From Conidiobolus incongruus B7586 (taxonomy: Eukaryota): a stretch of DNA of 42,774 nt. Within the stretch, counting starts at the first letter, position 1, and each line of letters begins with the position of its first letter. The DNA lies in assembly GCA_000697335.1 (NCBI GenBank), contig JNEM01009929.1:1-42774 (forward strand). The letters are read 5' to 3'. The translations under genes were made by a program, and so were the position numbers. This document shows positions 1 to 11,435 of the stretch, piece after piece. The notes beneath the pieces were generated by a model. That model was not told the origin of the DNA. It saw only the letters and a list, made by a program, of their open reading frames with translations, and did no database searches.

Positions 1-1820
1 AAAAGTTAAATGTTTTAAAAAAAACAAAAAATTATTTTGTAAATATTATGTTATTTTAACTTAAAAATATAATAATAAACTAATTTTAATTTAAGAATAT
101 ATATTATCTTTTAGTATAATGTATTTTTATAAAGTTAATAAAGGAATTAATATTAAAGTATATTAAAATATTCTAAATAATAAATTAAAAAAATATTAAA
201 TAATAGATGTTAAATAAATTAGATGTTATTTTCTAACAAGATAATACCTTTTGTTATATTATTATTTTTACTACCAAATAATTTAAAAATAATAAAATAA
301 TAGTTATAAAATAGTTTCTTTAATTTTTTTACTTTAATTTAATTAAATATTTTTAAGATTAATTAAAAAAAATAGTTAAAGTTTTTGTATTAAGAAAAAT
401 TTAAATAAGTTTTAAAAATATATTTAAAAAGCTTAAAACAAAATTAAACTTCTTTAATATAAACAGTTAATTGACTTTATACTTTATAAATTTAAAGAAG
501 TTAAAAAACAAAAGATAAATATATTAAATTTTAATTTTTTTTTATAACTAAAATATATTAATTTATAACTCATCTTAAATAAAACTTAAATTTTAATATA
601 TCAACTAAAAGTTAATATAATTAAATCAAAAATATTTAGTTATAAATAAATAATATAAGTTTATTATATGTTTTAATTTAAACTAATTTAATTAAGAATT
701 AATAGAGTTATTGATAAAAATATATATAATCATAATTTTATGACTTACTTTTGTAGGCTAGTGTATATATATGTAATTTAATAAATAATTAATTAATAGA
801 AAGTTATTATATAAATTAAGTAAGATAATACTATAAATTTATATATAATATATTAATATAGTTATTATTAACTAAAATATGAATAGAATATTATTATATT
901 AGATATGAAAATTTATTAATAATATTGACTTGTTTTTATCCGTTATAATATATAATTTAAACTTGGATATATAACAAATATAAAATAATGAACAATATAA
1001 ATAGAAATAAATGTAATATTTGCATAATAAGGAATATCAAAATATTGATATAAAATTAAAAACTATTTCAGATAAAAACCTTAATAAAAATCATTCTAAT
1101 CAAATATTACGAGCAATTTTTGTATGTTTGCAATAAAACATTATATAAGTAAAAATATTATTCTAAAAATGTACAATTAGATGATTTATTATTTGATTAG
1201 GAAAATGTTATTTTTCTAAAACGATTATAGATATATTGTTATTTTTAGTAAGTTAGTTGAAATTTAATAATAATAATATAAACATTCTGAATATATTTAT
1301 TTAACAGTTTTGAAGAGCTTTACATATATTCAAAATTTAAAATTAACAATGTTTTGATTGAAACTAATTAAACAAATTCAATATTTTCATGAACTATTCA
1401 AAAATGTTAGATTTTTCACTGATATATTCCAATCATAACTGATATCAGTTAATACTGTATGCTAAAATATATTTTTTTAATGAAGGACTATTAGTTTTTG
1501 CTGAACTTTAATCTTTCACAAATAACTTTAACTAAGCGTTATAATCATTTTGATTTTGAAATGTTTTCAATGATATTGATTGTGAATAGTTTAAATTTGA
1601 TGAATATGGGTAAATTTAATAGATCGACAATCTCAAACTGGCAATGAAAATTATGATAATTTTAACTGTCTATATTAATCATATGGCTGAATGAATAATG
1701 CAATTTTAAAGTTATATAATAAATGAATGAGCAATCGATTCACAGTTTTTAGAGTTTTATATTCACTAATACTAATATTTGGAGAGTAGAATTTAATTGA
1801 AATAAATATTTCATGAGAGA

Positions 1821-2842
1821 ATGATTGTTTGTCTGTTAAAATACCATACGTTGATGCGAATTGCATATTTTTTTTTGGTATTTTATAGTAATCCTATTAT
1901 ATCAAGGAAAATGTGGTCTCCTCGTCAGCAATTATGTTTTGTCAATATGGAGAGAGAAAAAGCAGGATTACACCCTTTAAAGTTGCACAAGTAATCTTCA
2001 TATTATTTATTTGAAACTATTTTCTGAATATATATATTATAGAACATTGATCAAAGCTGCAAAATTACATTCCAAAGATATGTCTGCCCATCACAAAATG
2101 GACCATAGAGGATCAGATGGCACTACACCAGCAGATAGATTGAAAAGACTTGGAATGCATTACTTATCAATGGGGGAGAATGTTGCTCGAGGTCAAAGGA
2201 ATACCAATCAAGTGATGCATGATTGGATGAACTCACCAGGTATATATAATTTATTCTTGGAATCACAATCACTAAGTTTGAATGTTAGGACATAGAGCGA
2301 ATATATTGAATCGACATTATACTCATTTTGGAGGCGCTTTTATTAAACGGGGAAATTTTTGGACTCAAGAATTTGCTAAACTTCATCATGATGATGATGG
2401 CGGAATAGGATACCTTCCTCCAGATTACTATAGTCATGAGCATTGTTCACAAATACCAGAAATGATCGAGACTAGTGAGATTGGTGAAGCAATTGAAGAT
2501 GAAATTGATGATATTGAAGAAGAAGTCACTAGTACTCAAACCAATCCAACTTCTATTTCAACTTCTCCAACTGGACAAACTACGCTCATACTGCCTCAAT
2601 CAGCTAACACAGTAGCTCCAGTCCCTCAAACACCTCCTAAACAGCCACTAGTTTCAACTCAAATCTTTGATCCAAATAATCAAAATACTATTCAACAAAT
2701 AGCGCAAATTCCAGCTCAATCAAATACACAAATCATTCAAGCCCAACCATTAATTCAAACATCAACTCAGCCTGTCACTCAAGGACTGGTTCCAGTGAAT
2801 GTACAACAACTGCCAGTAACATATGCAGTTCAATTACAGTAG
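1821..2842 (+). CDS. CAP/SCP (PR-1-like) domain protein with acidic and Q/T/P-rich tail; 3 exons (1821-1990, 2043-2239, 2289-2842)
   Basis: Spliced product has LCFVNMEREKAGLHPL...AAKLHSKDM...MDHRGSDG...GENVARGQ...WMNSPGHRANILN...FWTQEF, which are CAP motifs. GT-AG introns at 1991-2042 and 2240-2288 keep frame. The start could be ATG 1821 or ATG 1854. Confidence 0.9.
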
Positions 2843-3691
2843 TATGTCAGATCCGTGTTAGACTCTTTAACTGGCTTAATTATCATAAAATTTTCATATT
2901 AAATATTTTGTAATTAAATTTAAGAATAAAGGTATAAATCCAACGTTAAACTAATTGATTAATGGTTTCAAAATCCTGTTGAAGTTATTATATTAATACA
3001 CAAAAACCATAATTGAATCAGCTATTATAGATTTGAATTCTTACAGCATACCTAATATACCTCAATATTAGAAATACATTTTATAGATCTACATCAGATT
3101 ATCCAAAAAATTTTAGTCACTTTTATAATTTTTCAAATAATGGTTACAATCCAAAAAGTTACAAATAATATAACTCTGGCCATTTAAGATGGATTATTAA
3201 ATTAATAATTTTGAACTGTCCCATATTTATTTAACAACACAACTAACAGGAATTTAAATAAAATTCTATGGAATATATTGTATCAAATAGTAAAAATTGA
3301 AAAATTTATACATGAAAATCAAAAAATGATAATCAAATATTTATAAATTATTATATTTTTCATACTGAAGAGAATAGTTACTAAAAATTTTAAGAAATGG
3401 AAATTATGATTTTAATGGATTTGCTTTGTTGTGATCCTTTTAAAAATTTCGGATTAAATGGAAACAATATTAATTTTTAAATTGAAATAAACGATCTACA
3501 CATATCAACTGAATTTTAGAAATATCCGAAATTATGTTGTTAGAAGAATTTGTGAAATTAATATGATGATCTATTTATACTAATATTATTTTATAAATCA
3601 CCACATTTGAATAAATTATTAATATATATAGGATGATGAAAATTCACTTGAGAATATTTTGAAATAATTGTTAATTTTCCAATCTGTACTA

Positions 3692-4408
3692 ATGAAACTC
3701 AGTCTAGTTCAACTGTTGGCCATTATAGGCTGTTTGAATATAATTGTTGCGAATATAACTTGGGATTCAGTAAATGAGCCATTTACTATTCATTGGAATG
3801 GATTAAATCTGGAAAATAACTCTGTACTGGATGTTCAACTACTAAATTACAACGATACTGGATTTGCTATAAGCTATACAGATCGAGCACAACACTCCAC
3901 CGGTAAACGAATAACTATTCCAAAACAATACATTCTCCCTAATACCAACTATTATTTTGAGTTGCAATTTACACCAAATGACAATTCTAATGGAGGAGAT
4001 ACCGTTAAGTGGAGCACCCAGCCATTTACAATCATTGGAAATTTGACAGATACATTGGAAACATGTCCTGGAAGTAGCTTTATTTCACCTGGGGAATTTA
4101 CTATGTGGTATTCCTCAGCTCATCCTTTGAATTTAAACTGGAATATTAACTCTATAAACGAAAACGCTACTTATGTGGACTATGTACTGAAAAACGAAGA
4201 TGATCCAGCTTTTCGCCATTCCTACTTGGATCGAAATGTGCAAGAAGGTGAAAACCAAGATACTCTCCCGGACATACAAGCGAAAAAAGGCGATAGATAC
4301 TATATTGAAGCTGTTATTCACCAAAGTCGATCAACTGCATCTGCCATTCCATTTTGCAAATTTAAGAGCATATATTTTAAAATCCGAGATCAATGGGGAT
4401 TCTATTAA
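3692..4408 (+). CDS. Secreted hypothetical protein with two tandem beta-rich repeats (resembles Kre9/Knh1-like N-terminal domains)
   Basis: Intronless ORF, first ATG at 3692. Signal-peptide-like MKLSLVQLLAIIGCLNIIVA, several N-glycosylation sequons and an internal duplication. Confidence 0.75.
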   Translation: MKLSLVQLLAIIGCLNIIVANITWDSVNEPFTIHWNGLNLENNSVLDVQLLNYNDTGFAISYTDRAQHSTGKRITIPKQYILPNTNYYFELQFTPNDNSNGGDTVKWSTQPFTIIGNLTDTLETCPGSSFISPGEFTMWYSSAHPLNLNWNINSINENATYVDYVLKNEDDPAFRHSYLDRNVQEGENQDTLPDIQAKKGDRYYIEAVIHQSRSTASAIPFCKFKSIYFKIRDQWGFY

Positions 4409-4511
4409 TTATAATTTATTATTTATATAAATAATCTGTTTCACTATTAAAATGAACATGATAAGAGTTGGACTGACAATATTAATATATTAGTTAATTA
4501 TGATACAAAAT

Positions 4512-5347
4512 TTAGATTAAACAAGCATAGCCCCTCTCCATTAAAACTAAAGCGTGTTTAAACTTTAAAAAAAAATAAACTGCCAGTTTGCATGTTCAGT
4601 TCGAAAGGTCTAAAATTTAATGTTAAAAGTTAATATTATAAACTAACCAGTATAATTACTTGGCTTCGTGGAAGACATATGGTCCAACGTCTTGGAGAAC
4701 CTTAATGAAAGCACCGTAGTCATCAGAAGGTTTATTATCTAAAAATCATGAATTAATGAATTAAATTTGTTAGGATAATATGCATACAAGCTTCCTCATC
4801 GTCTGAAAATTTTTGCAATACTTGGGGAAGTTGATTCGAAATCACACTACTAAAATGTCCTTCGACTAATTGTTTAAAGCTAATAAAAATTAATATTAGA
4901 TTAATTTGCCAGGAAAGTGTATTAAATATTCACCTGTTTAGATATTCAATTTCATGTTTTGCAAATTGATCTGATATATTTGGATTGAAGGACAATGTAG
5001 AGTAATGGTAATAATGAATTTCAATTTTACTCAGTCTGCATCGAAGATAACTTCTCAATATAAATTTAATTCTTTCTACTTCAGTTCGTAGTATGGTGAT
5101 GAACAATAGATCTTTATCACTTTCTTCATTTAGGCGTTCTCTCTGATGTTTGTTCGCCATTTAAACTAGTCAGACCATCCACGTATTCTTCTTTATAGGG
5201 CAATAAAATTGGTGAAAGTCGTTCGTTTGACCAGAAAGTGATCATTTGTTGATTAAAATCTGTTATATTCTCAGTTAAGATATCTTGGGATTGGCCGAGG
5301 CTATTATTCAAATCAGACATATGAGAAGAAAGAACCGAATTCATCAT
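4512..5347 (-). CDS. SLD5: GINS complex subunit Sld5 (GINS4); 4 exons; two apparent frameshifts in this sequence
   Basis: Motifs WSNERLSPILLPY, TEVERIKFILRSYLRCRLSKIE, KPSDDYGAFIKVLQDVG and a C-terminal ...ERGYACLI*. Introns at 4933-4880, 4787-4739 and about 4659-4610. Confidence 0.88.
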
Positions 5348-6239
5348 TGTCAAATGTTTTCATTAATTACGATTGAGTTTATTATATATTAGATATTTTC
5401 GATATGAATCAATGTTGTTAGTTAATTTTTTATGTTAATTAAGCAAGTGATGTAAATTAAAATATTCAAAATAACTTTGATTATTATGGGATAGGAAACA
5501 TAATTGACCTATATTTACACCATTGATTATAATATTTTCCAATTTATATTTTCTAAATTTCAAAATAATGGAATTGAATTCTAAAAATTATATAATTGGT
5601 AAAAAATTTCAAAATGTAGATATTCGAATTATTAATTGTAATACTTAATAACAATATTATTTTCATAATATTTAATATGGAGTATATCTTTTATCATATT
5701 AATGAAATTAACTATTTTCAGTTACAATTAATAAAATTTGTTAATAAAATACAATTAGATTTAATTCCAAAAAAAATTAAAATTGTAAAGAATAAAAACA
5801 CATATGAAACAGTTTATTAGCACTAAATTCATAAAATATCCACATTGTATAAACAACTATTTTTCAGAATGTTTAATTGACAATTGAGTAAATTTGAAAA
5901 ACTTTTACAAAATAGTTATCTATAAATTACCAAGTTAATAATATATATTAAATGTCTGATAAACAAGCATTCAATTATTTAATAACATTAAAGGAATAAA
6001 ATCTAAATAATCTATAATCCTTTAATTTCTTTTTAACTAATAGATTATTTAGTATATAAATTTTAACTGTAAACATGAATTTCAATTAATGATCCAAATT
6101 TTTTCAATATATTTTTCAATGGATGTTTACTCAACGTTATTATTTCAATTAACTTTATTAAAATATTTTAAATTATATATTTATATAAGTATCAATTATT
6201 TTACCAACTCTGTTCTATTTAATATTTTATCATGATATT

Positions 6240-6869
6240 TACCAGTTAGATTTAAACCATTGATCAAGGAATTATTCCAGGTTTGATGTCACATAATCAT
6301 CTCTTTTCTATCATTATATAACTCAGCGCATATATTATATAAATTAATAACTTTTATTATATAACTCTATTACTTCATCCCAAGTCTCTTCTATGGTGGC
6401 TTAAGCAACCGTTCCATACCCCACATCGTTATATAAATGTCATTTCCTCAACCTTACAAACCACACATCACAAGGAGTAATTATATCAATAAAGTACAAT
6501 ATATGTTATAGTAAGTTCTTTTCAATTGTTCAATATCCTTCTCACAACATTTGAAAACTTTAAAACCAATTTACATCTTAATAAAAATTGTCAGTACATC
6601 ATATCCAAAAACATAATTTCTAAAGTAATTAATGGGAAAACATCATATATAATTATTTTCAAACAATAAAATATCCATTATAGTTCAAATTTCTCAAAAT
6701 TTTTGCTTATTATTTTCAGAATCAATATATAATATGAACCCGAGAATCTATTGTAGAAGAGCTATGGTATATCATTCTGATATTCTTCGATATTTTGGCC
6801 GTTAAAATTACTTAATATAATATTTTTATATTGATCAAAATTAATGAATGTCTTTTAACCTAATCCCAT
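6240..6869 (-). pseudogene. Possible decayed gene relic of unknown family
   Basis: GC-richer than flanks. Protein-like stretches are broken by stops: MGLG*KTFINFDQYKNIILSNFNGQNIEEYQNDIP*LFYNRF, TPCDVWF...ATIEETWDEVIELYNK and FLDQWFKSNW. Confidence 0.3.
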
Positions 6870-6948
6870 AATCGGAGTAAAGTAAAGTAGAGTTTAAATA
6901 CAGATGTATGGCAGGAATCAATGAAAATTAAAAAATCAAGTAAATGAA

Positions 6949-9168
6949 ATGAGAGAAATAATTAGTTTACAATTTGGAAGTTATTCTAATTGGATTGGAA
7001 CTCAATTCTGGAATTTAAATGTAAATCATGCTATTTATTTATGAAATTTGATTAATATTTGTCATTAGTTAAAGAAAGCAATTGACCAATGGGAATCTCA
7101 ATTTGCTTCATATTCTTTGACTACATCCTCCTCTTCACCAAATATATCTAATGAAGATTTGAACTGTTTATTTCGATTTAGCAGTTCTAAGGTATCCTTT
7201 TTCCTTCAGTGCCGATTTTAAATTTACTGAGCATGTTATAGACAATACCACCTACCCCCAGAGCTTTGATATTTGATACTAAGGGTATTCATCTTTCTGA
7301 AAGATTTATTCCATAAAATTCACAATATATTTAGGAATGGTTGACTTGAATTATATTTCAAATAATCAGCCCGATAAATTCATTGCATGGTAAGTTTTCT
7401 ATTCTAATATAAATGGCTAGATTTATATGATTTAATCATAGGGATAACAATCCTGAATTATATATTCAAAATCGAACTAGCTCAGTAAGTTTCAATATAG
7501 TACAATATTTCAGATATCAACCTTGAACATTCTAGACTCTTCAAACCAATTGGAGCGATATTGATAAAAATACGTATCATCCAAATTCGAATTTGGGTAT
7601 CCATCAACTTCAACAGAATGATCAACTGAAACCAATGTCAAGCTACTTTCAAGGAAAAGATATTATGGAGCAATTCGAAAAGGTACTACATACCCCTTCA
7701 ATTATTTATAACCAATACAAACGCAATTCATTTAGGAGGTCCAAGTGATTGATAATAATTTAAGATTCTTTGCAGAAGAATGTGATTATTTACAAGTAAG
7801 CAGTATTTGATGTATGCCTTATTAAAATTTTTGTGAACATTCCTGATATAGGGATTTTTGAACTTTACAAATGCTTTTGATGGCTTTTCAGGTTTTTCTA
7901 GAGCCTACATTGATTTAATTCGAGACGAATATCCTAAGTCTTCCATCATTAACCTCATATCCATGAATTGCCCAGAATCCTTAAATCCAAAAGTATACCA
8001 TTTCATTATGTTTTACTTGATTATTTTATATAACATAATTCATATAGACTAACCCTTATAGTCTCGTTAATCAAGGAATGGTTTTGGGAGATGAAAATAC
8101 TTTATTTGATATAAGAATTCCATTATTTTGGAACAAATGCAGCGATATAACCAATATTGACAAAGTATATAATTTTAAAATAGATATACTATTGGATTTT
8201 TGACACAATATCCTATAACTAGAATCCCCATTACCAATCAAGCTCAATTATGACACTAGCAATTGATACAATGTTACTTAGAACAAGGTAAAACATATCT
8301 TTCTTCAAACAATTTTAGTTTGCTTATAATAAATTAGAATGAAAAATAAATTTTTGAGCTTGGCTGATATATCACTAATTGTGAATCCTTCAGGAAATCA
8401 ACCAATTAGTGATCTACACTTCAAAGGGCCTATATTCTCTAGCCATAATATCACAAGTCTATCTAACCCAGACACTACATCTGAGGTACATAATAAATAT
8501 TATTTTTTATTAAAGCTGTTTAATTGATTTTTAGGATGTTGAATTTTCTCTACCACAATTTGGCCAAATTCATAGCAATTCAATTTTGACTCAAAGATTT
8601 ATTAATACAACTAATTTTTCATCTGATGAGCATGGGTAAAATCATTTTCCTTGTTTATTGATAATTTATTTGATTGTCCATATTTTAGTGTAAATCAAAT
8701 GAGCAAAATTCAAGATGAGGCATTTGAAGATTTATGGAGGTAATAATCTTATTATATCATTTCATTATTTTTTGTTAAAAAATTCTTTCATTACTGATTA
8801 TCATTGAATATTTCAAAATTTTGGAATGATATAATAATTTATAATTTTTAACTTTGGAAAACTAATCTATTTATAGGGATCAAGTCAATTTAGGTATATA
8901 AATTAAAATCATTTGATTTTTATTTTTAATTTAAATAATGGTGATTGATCAAAATTTAATATTAGATATGGATGAACCCATTCAAACTTCTCTTTCTTGT
9001 CAAAATTCTAGCAATCCATGGATGTATCAATTGTATACCAATTTCAAAAATGGATATGGCACTACACTCTTTTCTAATGAGGAAAAGGAGAGTATGGAAG
9101 AGGTTATGGAAAATTTAGCTTCATTCTGTTTACTTAGTAATAACAGTGAAAGTGATTATGATGATTAA
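6949..9168 (+). CDS. DML1: Dml1/Misato tubulin-like protein, about 14 exons
   Basis: MREIISLQFGSYSNWIGTQFWN; LFR...TPRALIFDTKG; WSDI...YHP; LRFFAEECDYLQGF...DGFSGF...IRDEYPK. Assembled across short GT-AG introns. Confidence 0.9.
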
Positions 9169-10020
9169 CATCTGATCTTCTATCAGAGTCTTTATCTATC
9201 AGATACTATGTCAATCTCTCAAAATTAAACTACAAATCTTTAAGTATATTTGACGATACAACTCAATATATATTAGTATTTTGTTTGATTATACAATTTA
9301 AAATAGAATCATTTTCAGGGATTTACATATTATAATCGATTCAAACTACTAAAATTATATATTTGAATCTGTGTCTAGTCCTGATAAACCTAATAATTTT
9401 GACTTAATGTTTTTATTATTGTTTAAGTTAGAGTTCAAATGATTTGATATTAATATCTTTTAGTATTTATGTTATCAATCCAAAAAACATACTTTATCAT
9501 ATCCAAAATAGTTTTCAGAGCAAAATGATATTTGTGTTTATAAAATGGAACCAAAAACATTTATATTTTTTTAAATTCAATTAGATAATTATTATATTAT
9601 TAAAACCTTATATTTAAATATTTCTATAATGCTCTATTAAAATGAATTTTATTTTTCCCATAAAAATATTCATGTAAATTGTAAAAATTATGGATTTTAT
9701 TCAAGATTACATATTAAATCATGAGAATGAATTATTTAAATTTATATTATTGTTAATTTATCAAATAACACTTGATTATTTTTTTACCATAGTTTCCGAT
9801 CCATTTCACTTAAATTCAATCTTAAAATTAACATGTTAAAGTGTAATTTTGAACTTGATAGATTTGGAAATAATGCATAATTCAACAAATTAGAGCTATA
9901 TTTTGACTATTGAATCAGATTATGAAAAATATAAAGATCAATATAAATTATTTTATGAAAATGATATTTATTGGATTTTATGAATAAAAGGTTTAAGCTG
10001 TAAAAAATTAGATAAACAAG

Positions 10021-11340
10021 TTAAGCATGTAACATTTGTTGAGTATTAATGGTATTGAATGGAACGTGAGACTGTTGGAAGGTATTAGAAAGGATGGAAT
10101 TGGAATATTTGTAGCTACGGACATTGCTTAAAAATTGTTCAAACAAGAATAAGGTGTCTTCTGGTCCACCTTTGGCTTCTGGGTGGAATTGAACAGAGGA
10201 GATGGGAAGATAGTTGTGACGGATACCTTCGTTGGAGCCATCATTGGCATTTTGGAAATATTTGGACCAATTGTTGGGCATCACCTGATCATTAAGGGCA
10301 TAGCCGTGGTTTTGTGAGGTAATGTAGCATTTTCCTGATTCTAAATGGACAGCAGGTTGATTGTGACCACGGTTACCGTATTGCATTTTGGAAATGCTCA
10401 AACCAGCAGCCAATCCGATGATCTGATTGCCCATGCAAATGCCAAAAATGGGTTTAGAGTATGTTTCGAATATTTTCTTCATATTGTTGACCAATGTTGT
10501 GCAATGAGTGGGATTACCCGGGCCATTAGAAATGAAGAGACCGTCAAATTCATGAGCGCATTTGACAATATCGTAATTCCATGGTAAGACAGTTGCCTTA
10601 GCTCCCTTAGATACGATAGAACGGAGGATGTTATGTTTAATTCCACAATCGATGACACCGATGTGAACATCGCTACCTTCAAGACCAACTTGGTATGGCT
10701 CTTTGGTAGATACCTCATCTACCAAATTGCGCAAATTAGGGTCGTTGAACTCAGGTGTAGAGTTGAGATTGAAATCAATACATCCGAGGGTAGAGCCTTG
10801 GTTACGCAAAAGATGAACAACAGCACGAGTATCAACGCCAGAAATGGCAGGTACACCTTGCTGCATACACCATTGAGAAAGTGATTGTACAGCATTCCAA
10901 TGAGAAAATTTGGTAGCATAGTCATTAACGATGATTCCTTGCACTTGAATCTTGTCTGATTCAAAATACTTTAACAACTTGTAAACATCACGATCTTGAG
11001 GAGGAACGCCATAGTTTCCAATTAAGGGCTGTGTAAACACAAGAATCTGACCTCGATAAGATGGATCAGTGAGAGATTCGGGATAACCAACGGTGGAAGT
11101 AGTGAAAACAGCCTCACCAGAGGCAGAGATTGGGGCACCAAAGGAAGTACCGGAGAAAACTTGGCCAGTCTTCAACTTGAGGTAAGCGTTGGGTGGATTG
11201 GGGTTATTTCCAAAAGAAATGTTAGAAATGTCGGATACAGTGGCTAAAGTCCTGGTCATCTTGATCGAAGTAGGAAAATTTCTGACACCGAATTTAATAG
11301 AAGAACGAAGAGTGTGATTGGCAGTCAAAGTAGCGAACAT
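10021..11340 (-). CDS. CPA1: Arginine-specific carbamoyl-phosphate synthase small (glutaminase) subunit with probable mitochondrial presequence
   Basis: GEAVFTTSTVGYPESLTDPSYRGQIL, SNGPGNP, catalytic FGICMG, GNRGHNQP, TSQNHGY and QFHPE. First ATG is at 11340 (MFATL...); the ORF track extension begins at a TTG. Confidence 0.97.
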   Translation of the reverse strand: MFATLTANHTLRSSIKFGVRNFPTSIKMTRTLATVSDISNISFGNNPNPPNAYLKLKTGQVFSGTSFGAPISASGEAVFTTSTVGYPESLTDPSYRGQILVFTQPLIGNYGVPPQDRDVYKLLKYFESDKIQVQGIIVNDYATKFSHWNAVQSLSQWCMQQGVPAISGVDTRAVVHLLRNQGSTLGCIDFNLNSTPEFNDPNLRNLVDEVSTKEPYQVGLEGSDVHIGVIDCGIKHNILRSIVSKGAKATVLPWNYDIVKCAHEFDGLFISNGPGNPTHCTTLVNNMKKIFETYSKPIFGICMGNQIIGLAAGLSISKMQYGNRGHNQPAVHLESGKCYITSQNHGYALNDQVMPNNWSKYFQNANDGSNEGIRHNYLPISSVQFHPEAKGGPEDTLFLFEQFLSNVRSYKYSNSILSNTFQQSHVPFNTINTQQMLHA

Positions 11341-11357
11341 TGTAATTGAAGTGTAAT

Positions 11358-11435
11358 TTACGCGCTTGCGAGAGCTTTCCAAACGTGATCAGAGATATAA
11401 TCAGAAGAGTTTTTCTCTTGGGAGTGAGAGTACAT
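11358..11435 (-). promoter_or_regulatory. Upstream ORF encoding the arginine attenuator peptide (AAP), MYSHSQEKNSSDYISDHVWKALASA*
   Basis: ATG at 11435, TAA at 11360-11358. The core DYISDHVWK matches the DY(I/L)SDH(I/L)W(K/R) core of yeast CPA1 and Neurospora arg-2 AAPs, with Asp at position 12. Confidence 0.96.

Noticed and set aside
1..900. Extremely AT-rich ends and spacers (also 17400-18500 and 41900-42774) as centromere, origin or named transposon
   Set aside because: No periodicity, terminal repeats or coding remnants recognisable by eye.
960..1866. Possible degenerate LRR-type gene and the 63-aa minus-strand ORF at 1675-1866
   Set aside because: Only short Leu/Ile/Phe-rich frames, as expected from AT-rich DNA; no motif I can support.
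10345..10964. Several antisense and alternate-frame ORFs within CPA1
   Set aside because: Shadow ORFs of a GC-richer coding region with no recognisable motifs. The same applies to shadow ORFs in SYM1, the RRM gene and ELP1.
11341..11382. N-terminal extension of CPA1 from TTG in the ORF track
   Set aside because: Non-ATG start lying inside the AAP uORF in another frame. ATG 11340 has good context (ACAATG) and begins a presequence-like segment.
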